Of a stretch of 64,000 bases of DNA, positions 49,357 to 59,993 are shown in pieces. The position numbers and the translations under genes are program-made. Each line of letters starts with the position of its first letter. Position 1 is the first letter of the stretch. Below the pieces are notes generated by a model. That model was not told the origin of the DNA. It did not search any database and was given only the letters and a program-made list of their open reading frames with translations. This DNA comes from Acidobacteriota bacterium. GTDB taxonomy: Bacteria; Acidobacteriota; Blastocatellia; RBC074. Where the stretch lies: assembly GCA_043740245.1 (NCBI GenBank), contig JAYUCP010000171.1, positions 5,835-69,834 on the forward strand, in the 5' to 3' direction.

Positions 49357-50910
49357 ATGAATAGCAAAGAAAAGGAATTCGCCGAGGTCATTGCGATTAA
49401 GCCCGCAGTGGAATCCCGGCGGGAGCCTGAAAGACAGTCCGGGACGGGTCGCCTGAGGCCGCCAGCCCAGGCTTACACGCACTCGCATTCCGGGCGCCTG
49501 CCTGAACAGCGGCGAGCCGAAGCCTATGTGCGGCCTGACCCCAAAGGCCCGATTGACGTCGAAGCGAAGTCGGTGGATGTTTACACCCAGCCGGTTCCGC
49601 CGCCCCAATTTCGCGTTGAAACCATACCTGAACCTACGCCTCCGCCCGCTCGTAGCGCTCAGATCAAGGCGGCCGCCGAAGCCTTTGAGATGCCCAAGGT
49701 TGAACCCTTTACGCGGCCCTTGCGCGTGTTGCACGTCACCAACGTCGAGACCTCGAACTACTACCTCAACAGCCTCTGCGATTTTACCGACCGCCACGCG
49801 GTTACTTATCTGGCGGCGACGTTGGGCAAAGAGGGCAGCTTCACGAAAGATTTAGATAAGCGCGGCGTGCAGGTTTACGCGCTTGATTGCCGCCATCGCA
49901 GTCAATACCCGAAGGCCTTATATCAGCTTAACCGGATTATTCAGAAAGAGCGCGTGGATATTGTCCACACACATTTGGTCGAACCCACGCTGGTTGGCAT
50001 GCTGGCGGCGAAACTGCGTCACCGCGTCACGGTGGTCACGCGGCATCATTCCGATGCCGTTTATCAAATGCCTTCCAAACTCAAACGCGAGGCGTTCTTA
50101 AAACTGGAGAATTGGATCAATCGCCAGGCCGATCACATCATTGCGCCCTCGCAGATGGTGCGCGATATTCTGACCCGGCGCGAACACGTGCCCGAAAAGA
50201 AGGTTTCGCTCATCCCCTACGGCCAGACGCTAGACCGCTTCGAGGCCATCAAGCCGGAGCAGGTCGAGAAATTACGAGCCGAATTGGGAATGCGCGAACG
50301 CCTGTCTTTGCTGTGTGTGTCGCGCTTGCATTGGGAAAAAGGGCACCGGTTTTTGCTCGAGGCTTTCGCGTTGTTGCGTGATGAAGGTTTGGACGCCAAT
50401 CTTTATTTGTTGGGCCTGGGCCCCGAACGCGAACTGTTGGAGCGGCTGGCGAGAGAATTGGATATTCACGATCGCGTGTGCTTCCTGGGTTGGCGTGACG
50501 AGGCGTTGCCGGTGATCGCGGCGGCCGATGTGATCGTGCACGCCGCCTTGCAAGAAGCCATGCCCTCGGTCGTGATCGAAGCCCTGATGCTCGAACGCCC
50601 GTTGGTGGTGACCGATCTAAGCGGCGTGCGGGATGTGGTTGGCAATAGCAAACATGGCATTATCGTCCCGCCGCGCAACACCGAAGCCCTGCACGCCGCG
50701 TTGGGCTGGACGGTGCATAATCTGGCGCAAGCCCAGCAGCGCGCCCGCGTCGGGCGTAAGTTCATTCTCGAGTACATGAGCGCTGAACGCGTGGCGCGCG
50801 AGTATTTCAACGTTTACCGCCGTGTGATGAAAGAGCATCTGCAAAGAGTCGTTGCCAGACAAGGCACGATCAGCGCGGACACGCGCCAAATCCTGGAAGA
50901 AGTGGAGTAA
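49357..50910 (+). CDS. Glycosyltransferase family 4 with ~110-aa Pro-rich N-terminal extension
   Basis: The GT4 core runs from LRVLHVTNVE. EX7E-region block ALQEAMPSVVIEALMLERPLVVTDLSGVRDVV. The start at 49357 has a weak RBS. The longer ORF from 49210 overlaps the repeat. Confidence 0.65.
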   Translation: MNSKEKEFAEVIAIKPAVESRREPERQSGTGRLRPPAQAYTHSHSGRLPEQRRAEAYVRPDPKGPIDVEAKSVDVYTQPVPPPQFRVETIPEPTPPPARSAQIKAAAEAFEMPKVEPFTRPLRVLHVTNVETSNYYLNSLCDFTDRHAVTYLAATLGKEGSFTKDLDKRGVQVYALDCRHRSQYPKALYQLNRIIQKERVDIVHTHLVEPTLVGMLAAKLRHRVTVVTRHHSDAVYQMPSKLKREAFLKLENWINRQADHIIAPSQMVRDILTRREHVPEKKVSLIPYGQTLDRFEAIKPEQVEKLRAELGMRERLSLLCVSRLHWEKGHRFLLEAFALLRDEGLDANLYLLGLGPERELLERLARELDIHDRVCFLGWRDEALPVIAAADVIVHAALQEAMPSVVIEALMLERPLVVTDLSGVRDVVGNSKHGIIVPPRNTEALHAALGWTVHNLAQAQQRARVGRKFILEYMSAERVAREYFNVYRRVMKEHLQRVVARQGTISADTRQILEEVE

Positions 50911-51002
50911 GTAACGCGCCAGCGATTTCCCCAATGACGATGACCACGCCTTGACCCTAAGTGTTGTTCGCCATAAATCCTTTGAGAGTTGTCCGCCACG
51001 TT

Positions 51003-51187
51003 TTCGCCGCGTCAGCGGCGGCTGACTTTAGCCGTGGGTGCAACCCACGGAGAGCGCAGTTGAGATTTCCGCGTCGCGTCAGCGACGCCTGAATTCAAGC
51101 GTCGCTGACGCGACGCGGAAACCATCGCGATCCTTCCCGGCGTTGAAAACGCCGGGCTAAAGTCAGCCGCCGCTAGCGCGGCGAAGA
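51003..51187. mobile_element. MITE-like palindromic element, family A copy 2 (compact form)
   Basis: Ends cgccgcgtcagcggcggctgactttagccgtgggtgcaacccacgg / cccggcgttgaaaacgccgggctaaagtcagccgccgctagcgcggcgaag. The perfect inner palindrome ccgcgtcgcgtcagcgacgc..gaattc..gcgtcgctgacgcgacgcgg. Confidence 0.6.
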
Positions 51188-51335
51188 GACGGCGATGACC
51201 CCTTAACGAATTTACGGCGGGCAGTACTAAGAGCTTTGGTTTCAAAGCAGTAGGGCGGTGCAGCCGCAAGTTTATTGCGACCGCTCAACTGGCATCAGTC
51301 AACGAGGAATTTGGTGAAAAGCTGTATCTTGCTCT

Positions 51336-52832
51336 ATGTCAATTCGCCACGATCAACAGCGCCGCAGCGTTACCTGGGATGTCTCCGCCGGGCCGCGCAA
51401 CTATTTACAGTTGGTCGGCACTCAATTGCTCAGTTCGCTCGCCTCGTTGCTGACGGTCTGGATTCTGACGCGCGTGCTGGGGGCGGCAGGCTACGGTCGA
51501 GTAGCGGCGCTGATCGCCGCCGCCATGTTGATTGGCATGGTCGCGTTGAACTGGAGTGCGATGGCGCTCGCGCGCATCGGTTGCGAAGAGTTTGTCGAAA
51601 CCGGGCGCATCACCGACACCTTTTGGACGCGCACTGGCATTCTGTTGCTCAATTGGTTGTTGGTGCTGGTGACCGCGCCGCTCTGGTTTCGCGCGCTGGC
51701 AAGTTGGCTGCAACTGAACAACGAAATGCAGTTTTGGCTGCTGGTTTACCTGGCGTCGCTTTCAGCCTGGGCCCATGTGCAATACGCTTTGCAGGCGGCG
51801 AAGCTGCAAGGCCTGGTCGGGCGGTTGCTGGCGCTGGAACGGTTGTTAATTTTAAGCGGAGCCATCCTGCTGGCGCTGAATGGCGCTTCGCTGACCAAGA
51901 TTGTCGCGGCTTATGCCAGCGGCGCGCTGGCCGCAGCCGTTGGCGGTTTGTGGCGCTTGCGCCATTTGATCGGCCGCGTGCGCGGCTTGAATCCCGCTTT
52001 GGCTGGCCGCGTGTTACTCTTTTCCTTACCGCTGATCCCACAATCCCTGATCAGTTATTTTTCGACCAACTACCTGGATGCCTGGTTCATTCTGCATTAT
52101 CGTTCATCCGCCGATTTGGGAGTATATTCGCTGGCCTATCAACTGGCAGGGACGGCCATGCAATTGCCAGTGCTCGCGAGTTCGCTGCTGCTCCCTATGT
52201 TTACCACGCTGGAAGTGAAACAAGATGACCAACGGTTGGCAGTCTACGCGCACGATATTTTGCCTGTTTTGAGTTTGGGGTGGGCGGCGGCTGGGACATT
52301 CATCACAGGAGCGCTGGTCGTTTTTTTGCCCTTGGTTTTTGGCGCGCAATTCGCGCAGGCTGCGCCCTTGATATGGCCGCTGATGGCCGCTTGTGTAATC
52401 GTTGGCCCAATGTCCATGGGCTATGGGCCGCTGCTCAACGCTAAATCGGCCACGACGGCAATTGCGGTTTCCGCGCTGGCTGGGGCCGGGGCCAATGTCC
52501 TGCTCAATTTTGCCTTGATCCCCCGTTGGGGAATGCTGGGTTGCGCCTGGGCCACAGTTGGGGCCTATTTGATAAACTTACTGGTAGGGGCTTATTTGCT
52601 TTGGCGGGTGAGTGGTTTGAGCGGAGGCTGGGTGCTCGAAGCGATCCTCCCGCCAATCTGCGGCGCGGCCTTCGCGGGGGCGACGGGCAACAACTGGCTG
52701 GCATTTTTACTTACTCTCGCTATCATTTTTTGCTTGGCGCTGGCGCACCGGGCGACACTCCTGAGCGGTGGGCGGCGGTTGTACGGCATCTGGGCGCGCA
52801 AATATGAATTGGCGCTGCTACCGGAATCCTGA
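51336..52832 (+). CDS. wzx: Polysaccharide flippase, Wzx/MOP-superfamily
   Basis: ~12-14 TM helices. The N-terminus ..LQLVGTQLLSSLASLLTVWILTRVLG is typical of Polysacc_synt family flippases. Confidence 0.7.
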   Translation: MSIRHDQQRRSVTWDVSAGPRNYLQLVGTQLLSSLASLLTVWILTRVLGAAGYGRVAALIAAAMLIGMVALNWSAMALARIGCEEFVETGRITDTFWTRTGILLLNWLLVLVTAPLWFRALASWLQLNNEMQFWLLVYLASLSAWAHVQYALQAAKLQGLVGRLLALERLLILSGAILLALNGASLTKIVAAYASGALAAAVGGLWRLRHLIGRVRGLNPALAGRVLLFSLPLIPQSLISYFSTNYLDAWFILHYRSSADLGVYSLAYQLAGTAMQLPVLASSLLLPMFTTLEVKQDDQRLAVYAHDILPVLSLGWAAAGTFITGALVVFLPLVFGAQFAQAAPLIWPLMAACVIVGPMSMGYGPLLNAKSATTAIAVSALAGAGANVLLNFALIPRWGMLGCAWATVGAYLINLLVGAYLLWRVSGLSGGWVLEAILPPICGAAFAGATGNNWLAFLLTLAIIFCLALAHRATLLSGGRRLYGIWARKYELALLPES

Positions 52833-52999
52833 TTCGTCCTTTTCCCCTGTGTAATGACAGGGCCTTATCAATCTCGCAACAGGCGGGCAGTCCGGCTGTC
52901 CGCCAAGCTGCCAGCTTGTCGCGGGGGTGGTGGTAAACCCAGTGATTCGCCAGCCGAGACTTCGACAAGCTGGCAGCATGTCGGACACTACCGAGGCGT

Positions 53000-54130
53000 A
53001 TGAAAATTTGTCAGCTCTCTTCAACATCGGTTGACGGAGGATATTTCGAAGGATTGGCGCAGGGGCTTACGTCTGTAGGGCATGAGTTACTTTACGTGTC
53101 TTTACGTGAGGCGCTGCCGCCAACTTGGTTAGATCGCTACCCCTCCATCGCCTATCGCACACTGGGCGCCACGGCGCGCTGGCAATACCCCTTGGCCACC
53201 TTGCGCCTGGCACATTGGCTGAGACGGGAGCAGGTCTCGATCTTGCATATGCATTTGTATGATGCTGGCCTCGTGGGCTTGCTGGCAGCCTTGCTGGCGG
53301 GCGTCCCCGTGCGGCTTTTGTCGCGTCATCACTTGGATGAGACATGGCTCTTGGGCACGCGTCTGACGGTCGAGTTGGATCGTTGGATGGCACGCCGGGT
53401 TGATTGCGTCATTGTGCCGGCACAGGCTGTACGCCAGCACATGCTCGAAAAAGAATCATTGTCTGAAGCGCAGATCGAAGTGATTCCACATGGCTTCAAA
53501 TTCGAGTCATTGGCTGCCGATGAATTGGCCGGGCAACGCGTGCGTAGCGAATTGGGCCTGGATGGCGCTTTTGTGTTGGGGAATGTCGGACGGCTAGTCC
53601 GCAACAAAGGGCATCTTTATTTGTTACAAGCCGCCAAAGCCTTGCTGCCAGAGATCCCAAATTTGCGCGTGTTGCTGGTGGGCGATGGTGAGCGGGCGCT
53701 GGTCGAAGGAATTGTCGCTGAACTGGGGTTGCAAGATAACGTCGTCTTTGCCGGGTTCCGCCGTGACGTGGCGGCCTGTATGAAAGCGATGGATGTGCTG
53801 GTGCACCCTTCGCTGTCTGAATCGTTTGGGCAGGTGCTCGTCGAGGCGATGTGCGTGGGGACTCCGGTGGTCGCCAGTGCTGTCGGCGGCATTCCGGAAA
53901 TCGTCAGTCACGAGCGGACGGGATTGTTGACGCCGGTGGCTGACGCTGATGCTTTGACGGTAGCGCTGCGCCGGTTGCACGCCCAACCCGAATGGCGCAT
54001 GGCGCTTGGCATGGCAGGTCAAGCCAGCGTTTATGCGCGCTTTTCGCGCGAGCTAATGGTGCAACGTTACCTCGAAATCTACCGGCGCTACGAACACGAG
54101 CCAAGCGAGAAGACGTATGTCGCAGCCTAG
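53000..54130 (+). CDS. Glycosyltransferase family 4
   Basis: GNVGRLVRNKGHLYLLQA and ESFGQVLVEAMCVGTPVVASAVGGIPEIV. Confidence 0.8.
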   Translation: MKICQLSSTSVDGGYFEGLAQGLTSVGHELLYVSLREALPPTWLDRYPSIAYRTLGATARWQYPLATLRLAHWLRREQVSILHMHLYDAGLVGLLAALLAGVPVRLLSRHHLDETWLLGTRLTVELDRWMARRVDCVIVPAQAVRQHMLEKESLSEAQIEVIPHGFKFESLAADELAGQRVRSELGLDGAFVLGNVGRLVRNKGHLYLLQAAKALLPEIPNLRVLLVGDGERALVEGIVAELGLQDNVVFAGFRRDVAACMKAMDVLVHPSLSESFGQVLVEAMCVGTPVVASAVGGIPEIVSHERTGLLTPVADADALTVALRRLHAQPEWRMALGMAGQASVYARFSRELMVQRYLEIYRRYEHEPSEKTYVAA

Positions 54131-54917
54131 ATTTGAAGCCTTACCTGCGGCCCGTCAGGCGCGCACGCAATCACCTTATTGGGCCGAACATGTGGCGCGC
54201 TATCGCTTCGCGGTATCACAGCTCAAACAAGGCCGGGTGCTCGACATTGCCTGCGGCACAGGCTACGGCATGCCGCTCTTGGAGGCTGCCGCCGCGCGGG
54301 TGATTGGCGTGGACGTTGATTGGGAGGCCGTGCAGAAGGCGCGCGGCGAGATTGATATTACGCATACCACACTGGCGTTAGCGGATGGTTGCCAACTGCC
54401 CTTCGCCAACGCGAGCTTTGACGCCGTGACTTCATTTGAAACGCTCGAACATTTGGAACGCCGCCCGCAATTCCTGGCTGAATTACGCCGCGTCTTGCAG
54501 CCCCAAGGTGTTTGCATTCTCTCGACGCCTAACGCCAATTACACGCAGCCGGTCAATGGCAAGCCGACCAATCCCTTTCACGTTTACGAATACACTCCGG
54601 CGGAATTGCGGGCCGAACTGGCCGCGCAGTTTGAGCTAAAAGCCTTGCTGGGCCAGACGCTGGATGCGCGCTTTACCATCCCGCCGTTTTGGGATGCGCA
54701 ACAACGTTTGCCGCGCACGCCCGGCATTCAAGCGCAATTGTATTTTTGGAAGGCGCTGAACAAGTTGCCGGTGGCTTGGCGCGAAGGCTTGAGCGAAGCA
54801 TTGTGGGGACGGCCTTTTTATCCGGCTGAGACCGACTATCATTTTGATCTGGCGACGGTCGAAACCGCGCCGGTGTTGGTGGCGCTTTGCCAGCCGAAAG
54901 CTGAGGGGGGGAATTGA
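54117..54917 (+). CDS. Class I SAM-dependent methyltransferase
   Basis: Motif I VLDIACGTGYG and post-I FDAVTSFETLEHL. Overlaps the upstream gene by 14 nt. Confidence 0.75.
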   Translation: MSQPRFEALPAARQARTQSPYWAEHVARYRFAVSQLKQGRVLDIACGTGYGMPLLEAAAARVIGVDVDWEAVQKARGEIDITHTTLALADGCQLPFANASFDAVTSFETLEHLERRPQFLAELRRVLQPQGVCILSTPNANYTQPVNGKPTNPFHVYEYTPAELRAELAAQFELKALLGQTLDARFTIPPFWDAQQRLPRTPGIQAQLYFWKALNKLPVAWREGLSEALWGRPFYPAETDYHFDLATVETAPVLVALCQPKAEGGN

Positions 54918-54919
54918 CG

Positions 54920-55849
54920 ATGGCCTGGCCGCTGGTTTCCGTGATCATCCCCAATTACAACTATGCGTGCTATCTGCCGCAAGCCATTGATAGCGTGTTG
55001 GCGCAGACTTACGCCCCGGTCGAAATCATCGTCGTGGATGACGGTTCGCGGGATGATTCGCTCGCAGTGCTCAAAAGCTACGGCGCGCGCCTGCGCTGGG
55101 TAACGCAGCCGAATCAGGGTGTCGCCGCTGCGCGCAATCACGGCGCGCGCTTGAGCCAGGGCAGCTATCTGGCCTTTCTCGACGCCGATGATTACTGGCT
55201 GCCAGCCAAGCTGGAGCGGCAGCTTGAACGCTTTCTCCAAAATCCGGAGTTGGGGCTGGTCTATTGCGGCGTGGCTGAGTTCAACGAAAGCGGCACGGTT
55301 AGTTTACGGCAGGAGGGCGCGGAGGGCGGGGTGTTGCAGGAGTTGTTGTTGCTGCGGCGGCCGGCGTTCTTTGGCGGGGGCAGCGGCTTCGTGACACCGC
55401 GTGCGTTGTTTGAAGAAGCCGGCGGATTCGACGAACACCTTTCAACTTCGGCGGATTGGGATTTGGCCTTGCGGTTGGCGGCGCGGCGGCCTTTCGGCTT
55501 TGTGTCCGAGATATTGCTCAAATACCGGCTACACAACTCCAATATGCATGCCAACGTCGGCGTGATGGAACGCGATATGATGCTTGTTTACGCCAAGGCT
55601 TTTGAACAGGCGCCTGCTGAAGTGCGAGCGTTACGCCGCGCGAGTTATGGTCGGCTACACATGGTACTGGCGGGTTCGTATTTTCAGGCGGGACAGTATC
55701 GGCAGTTTGGGTGCCATGCGCTGAAGAGTCTGTGCCTTGCCCCGGCCAATGCGGCGAGGCTGCTCAGCTATCCCTGGCGGCGCTGGCAACGGCGGCAGGC
55801 GGCGCTTGGCGCACGCCTTTCCGCCGCAAAGGTGACAGCAGAGCAATAG
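54920..55849 (+). CDS. Glycosyltransferase family 2
   Basis: GAGGGGGGG RBS plus ATG at 54920. VSVIIPNYN, VDDGSRD and LDADDYW (DxD) are the GT2 hallmarks. Confidence 0.8.
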   Translation: MAWPLVSVIIPNYNYACYLPQAIDSVLAQTYAPVEIIVVDDGSRDDSLAVLKSYGARLRWVTQPNQGVAAARNHGARLSQGSYLAFLDADDYWLPAKLERQLERFLQNPELGLVYCGVAEFNESGTVSLRQEGAEGGVLQELLLLRRPAFFGGGSGFVTPRALFEEAGGFDEHLSTSADWDLALRLAARRPFGFVSEILLKYRLHNSNMHANVGVMERDMMLVYAKAFEQAPAEVRALRRASYGRLHMVLAGSYFQAGQYRQFGCHALKSLCLAPANAARLLSYPWRRWQRRQAALGARLSAAKVTAEQ

Positions 55850-55873
55850 CCTTGATGCAGTTTGCCTCATCAA

Positions 55874-56157
55874 GCTGAGACAGTAGTGGTAAAAATGTAA
55901 TGCTGCATTTTTGCAGCCGCGTAGCGGCGACCTGAATTTAGCCCGGCGTTTCAACGCCGGGTAGCGCGGCACGAATGACCCGCGTCGCGTAGCGACGGTT
56001 GAAACGGAAGCGAATACCGGAAAAGGTTCAAGCGTCGCGATGCAACGCGGAATTGCCTCGTTCCGCTACCGTGGTTTGAAAACCACGGCTAAATTCACCT
56101 TGTCGCTACGCGACAAAAACGGACAAGCATTACATTTTTACCACTACCGCTGAGACA
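55874..56157. mobile_element. MITE with 21-bp perfect TIRs and 9-bp target-site duplication, carrying a family A core
   Basis: TIR-L gtagtggtaaaaatgtaatgc (55883-55903) is the exact reverse complement of TIR-R gcattacatttttaccactac (56127-56147). Direct repeat gctgagaca flanks both ends (55874-55882 and 56149-56157). The interior shares cccgcgtcgcgtagcgacg, ttcaagcgtcgc and ccgtggtttgaaaaccacggctaaa with the other family A copies. Confidence 0.65.
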
Positions 56158-56205
56158 AACCTCGCCGAGGTGGGCGCGGGACTCTCAGGCAGGAAACCAC
56201 ACGAC

Positions 56206-57513
56206 ATGCACACGCTCTATGTTTGTTATTTCGGATTGCGTGAGCCGCTGGTGCAGACACAGGTGCTGCCCTACCTACGGCAGTTGCGGGGCGCTGGCGT
56301 GCAGGTCAGTCTGCTGACGTTCGAGCCAGGCGGTTTGGAGTCCTGGCCAGCAAGCGAACCGCAACAGTGGACAGCGCGTCTGCGCGAGGAAGGCATTCAA
56401 TGGCGCGCGCGGCGCTATCACAAACGCCCGACCTTGCCCGCGACACTCTTTGACATTGTGGCGGGCGGCCTGACCATTGTGCAGTGGAGTTGGCGCGAAC
56501 GGTTGGATGTGGTGCACGCGCGCAGTTATGTCGCGGCCCTGATCGCCCGGCTGGCAGGCCCTTTCACGCGCAGCAAATTACTCTTCGACATTCGCGGTTT
56601 GATGGCCGAAGAATATGTGGACGCGGGCTCCTGGCCGGCAGGCGGGTTGTTGTACCGGTTGACGAAAGCCGCCGAGCGCTGGTTGTTGCGTTCCGCCGAT
56701 GGTTTTGTCGTGTTGACGCAGCGGGCGCGTGAATTGCTGTTTCCGGCGGCGGTGGGCGCAAACGAAGACACCACCGGCGAAAGCGAGTTGCAGGGCCGGC
56801 CGATTGCGGTGATTCCGTGTTGCGTTGACGTGGCGCAATTCCGTTTGGCCGAAGCGGCGGCAAGGGAGCAGACGCGCCAGGCCTTGGGTGTCGCCGGGCG
56901 GCGCGTAGTGATTTATGTCGGTTCGCTTGGCGGCTGGTATTTGACCGAAGAAACATTGGCTCTGTTTGAAGCCGCGCGGCAGCAAGACCCGGCGACCTTC
57001 GCCTTGATCCTGACGCCGCGCGATGTGCCACAGGTCGAACGACAACTGCGCGCGCGCGGTTATGCCGAAACGGACTTTCGTGTCTTGAGCGTGGCCCCAA
57101 CCGAAGTCGCGCGTTATTTGGCGGCGGCGGACATTGCGCTCTCGCTCATCAAACCTTGCTATTCAAAGCAAGCTTCGTCGCCGACCAAGATTGCGGAATA
57201 CCTGGCGTGCGGCGTGCCGGTGATCAGCACGGCGGGGATCGGCGATCTGGACGCGTTGTTTGCGCGCGCGCGTGTCGGCGTGATTTTGCGCGGCTTCACT
57301 GCCGCCGATTATCTGGCGGCCTTGCAGGCGTTGGATGAAATGCGCGCTGCGCCGGAATTGCGGGCGCACTGCCGCCAAGTGGCAGTGACGGAGTTTGATT
57401 TGGAGCGCGTGGGCGGAAGGCGTTATCGCCGCTTGTATCAACGCTTGCTGGCGCCGGCGAACGCGCTGCAGGATGAGGAGGCTTCAGTTTGCTCCACGCG
57501 CGCCACAGACTGA
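56206..57513 (+). CDS. Glycosyltransferase family 4
   Basis: AGGAAA plus ATG at 56206. VVIYVGSLGGWY and EYLACGVPVISTAGIGDL. Confidence 0.7.
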   Translation: MHTLYVCYFGLREPLVQTQVLPYLRQLRGAGVQVSLLTFEPGGLESWPASEPQQWTARLREEGIQWRARRYHKRPTLPATLFDIVAGGLTIVQWSWRERLDVVHARSYVAALIARLAGPFTRSKLLFDIRGLMAEEYVDAGSWPAGGLLYRLTKAAERWLLRSADGFVVLTQRARELLFPAAVGANEDTTGESELQGRPIAVIPCCVDVAQFRLAEAAAREQTRQALGVAGRRVVIYVGSLGGWYLTEETLALFEAARQQDPATFALILTPRDVPQVERQLRARGYAETDFRVLSVAPTEVARYLAAADIALSLIKPCYSKQASSPTKIAEYLACGVPVISTAGIGDLDALFARARVGVILRGFTAADYLAALQALDEMRAAPELRAHCRQVAVTEFDLERVGGRRYRRLYQRLLAPANALQDEEASVCSTRATD

Positions 57514-57553
57514 ATCCAAGTGTCCGGCGTTTTAGCGCGGGAATTTTCAAGGT

Positions 57554-58858
57554 ATGACGATGCCACAATACAACGATTTGCCGTTTGCGCTCGTGCTGCT
57601 CGTGGTGTTTGCCGGGTTGGGCGTGGGGCTGTTGACGCTGACGCGCCTGCATCGCGCGAGCTTGCCGCAGCAACTCAAACTCTTTCTGGCGGCGCTGGGC
57701 GTGCGCTTTCTGGCTTCGGTGGCCATCTATGAATTCGGTTTGGTGCAGGTGTTGGGGGATGAAGATAGTAGCGGTTGGACGGCGGGCATCGTGCAAATGC
57801 AGCAATGGACACAGCGCCACCTCGGCTGGCTGGATTTGCCGGAAGCATTGGCACAGGCCTTTTACCAACAGCAACAGGGCTATCGCTATTTGCTGGGCAC
57901 GTTCTTTTATTTGACGGATGCGCCCGCGCGGATGCCTGCGGCCACGTTGAATTGTTTCTTTGGCGCCTTGACCGTCGTCATGACCTATCGAATTGCCGAA
58001 AGCCTTTTTTCGCGTTGGGTCGCGGTGCGGGTCGGTTGGGCGGCCTGTCTGTTCCCGTCTTTGGTGATCTGGTCGGCGCAAACGGTGAAAGAACCGGTGG
58101 TGATTCTGCTGGAAGTCGTCGCGCTTTATGCCTGTGTGCAATTAAAGCGCGAAGGGTTTTCGTTGCGTTACATTTGGCTTTGCGTGCTGGCGATTATGTT
58201 ATTGCTGCCGTTCCGGTTTTACGCGGCTTATTTGGCGGCCACCGCCGCCTTGCTGGGCTTGCTCATACCGCAAATTGGCAAGCGTAATTCCTCGGTGCTG
58301 GCTGGGGTCGGAATCGCCTTGCTGGTCATTCCACTGGCGATTTCGTCGGGGATTCTGGCGCGCAGCGAAGCGTTGATTGAGCGGTTCGATCTCAAATATA
58401 TCAGCCAATATCAACGTGGTATTTCGGTCGGACAGAAATCCGGCGTGACGCTTGGCTACGACTTGCAGACGACGTCAGGTTTGGCGCTTGGCATTCTGGT
58501 CGGCGGGGCGCATTTACTTTTAGCGCCGTTCCCCTGGCAACTTGGCGGCGCAAGCGTGCGCATGGTGCTGGTCTTGCCGGAGCTGTTGGTCTGGTGGTGG
58601 CTGTTCTTTTTCGGCGTGGTGCCGGGTGTTTGGCTGGCCGTGCGGCGGCGTTTCGGCGAGTTGCAAGCGCTGTTTATTTTCAGCGGCGGCTTGGGTCTGC
58701 TTTATAGCTTGCTCTTTGGCAACATCGGACTGGCGGTAAGACAGCGGGCGCAGTTGTTGCCGTTGCTGTTGATTTTTGCGATGGTTGGCTTGGAATGGCG
58801 CTTACAAAAGGCCAAACAACGACAGGCTGCGCAACCGCAGATTGTGGTGTCGGCGTAA
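57554..58858 (+). CDS. Polytopic membrane protein (candidate GT-C-type glycosyltransferase or polymerase)
   Basis: ~11 hydrophobic helices. No soluble catalytic motif recognised. Confidence 0.55.
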   Translation: MTMPQYNDLPFALVLLVVFAGLGVGLLTLTRLHRASLPQQLKLFLAALGVRFLASVAIYEFGLVQVLGDEDSSGWTAGIVQMQQWTQRHLGWLDLPEALAQAFYQQQQGYRYLLGTFFYLTDAPARMPAATLNCFFGALTVVMTYRIAESLFSRWVAVRVGWAACLFPSLVIWSAQTVKEPVVILLEVVALYACVQLKREGFSLRYIWLCVLAIMLLLPFRFYAAYLAATAALLGLLIPQIGKRNSSVLAGVGIALLVIPLAISSGILARSEALIERFDLKYISQYQRGISVGQKSGVTLGYDLQTTSGLALGILVGGAHLLLAPFPWQLGGASVRMVLVLPELLVWWWLFFFGVVPGVWLAVRRRFGELQALFIFSGGLGLLYSLLFGNIGLAVRQRAQLLPLLLIFAMVGLEWRLQKAKQRQAAQPQIVVSA

Positions 58859-58875
58859 GCGTCACGCCGGTGCGT

Positions 58876-59961
58876 ATGCGAGTTTTATTTCTGACAACCT
58901 ATCCGGTGGAAGCGGCCAATACCCGCTACCGTGTGCAGCAGTTCTTTCCGTACCTGCAAGCTGCCGGGATCAGTTGTGAATTGGCGTCATTGATGTCGCG
59001 CGAATTGTTCTTTGAGTTTTATCAACCCGGACAAAGCTTAAGCACAATGGCCGGCTTGGTGCGGGCGTTGGGTCGGCGCTTGGGTGATGTCGTTCGTGCG
59101 CGTCGTTACGATGTCGTTTTTCTCGAGCGCGAAGCCCTGCTGTTGGGGCCGCCGCTGCTGGAATGGTTGCTCGCCCGTGTTTTGCGCCGCTCGATTGTTT
59201 TCGATTTCGACGACGCGATTTTTTTGCCCGCGCAAAATTCGATTCGCGGGAATCTGGCGACCTGGTTGAAATATCCGGCGAAGACGGCGCGCACGCTGGC
59301 GCTGAGCACTCAAGTCATCACCGGCAACGAGTACTTGGCGGCTTATGCCCGGCGCCACAATCCCCGTGTAACCGTCTTGCCGACGGTCGTGGATGCCGCA
59401 CAATATGCGGCCACGGCTCCTGCCCCGCGGGCCTCGGACAGTCTCGTCATCGGCTGGATCGGCACACATTCGACCGCCCCCTATTTGGAAATCATTGCGC
59501 CAGCCTTGGCGCAACTCGCGCGGCGTCAGCGCTTCGTCTTGCGCGTCATCGGAGCGGGACGCGCGGTGCAAATCCCCGGCGTCGTTGTCGAAAATCGCCC
59601 CTGGCAATTGGCAACCGAGATTGAGGATTTTCGCAGTTTGGACATCGGCGTTTATCCGATACACGACAACGAATGGTCGCAGGGCAAATGCGCCTTCAAA
59701 GCGATTCAATACCTGGCCGCTGGCGTGCCGTGCGTAGCCTCGCCCGTGGGCATGACAAAGGACGTCATCACCGACCAGGTCAACGGCCTGTTCGCCGGCA
59801 CGACGGCGCAGTGGGAACGGGCGTTGGAACAGTTGCTGACCAACGCCGAATTGCGGCGGCGATTGGCGCAAGCCGGTCAGTCGCACATTGCGCGCGAGTT
59901 TTCATTACAGGTGCATGCGCCGCGTCTGGCGGCTGTTTTACGCGCCGCCGCCGGGCAATGA
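58876..59961 (+). CDS. Glycosyltransferase family 4
   Basis: ATG at 58876. [13 protein letters not shown] and [24 protein letters not shown]. Confidence 0.75.
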   Translation: MRVLFLTTYPVEAANTRYRVQQFFPYLQAAGISCELASLMSRELFFEFYQPGQSLSTMAGLVRALGRRLGDVVRARRYDVVFLEREALLLGPPLLEWLLARVLRRSIVFDFDDAIFLPAQNSIRGNLATWLKYPAKTARTLALSTQVITGNEYLAAYARRHNPRVTVLPTVVDAAQYAATAPAPRASDSLVIGWIGTHSTAPYLEIIAPALAQLARRQRFVLRVIGAGRAVQIPGVVVENRPWQLATEIEDFRSLDIGVYPIHDNEWSQGKCAFKAIQYLAAGVPCVASPVGMTKDVITDQVNGLFAGTTAQWERALEQLLTNAELRRRLAQAGQSHIAREFSLQVHAPRLAAVLRAAAGQ

Positions 59962-59993
59962 AGCGCGGGCCCGGTGAACAAATGAGGAGCCAA

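Noticed and set aside
51275-52228. 317-aa alternative-frame ORF
   Set aside because: It overlaps the flippase gene in another frame. The flippase frame gives a coherent multi-TM protein.
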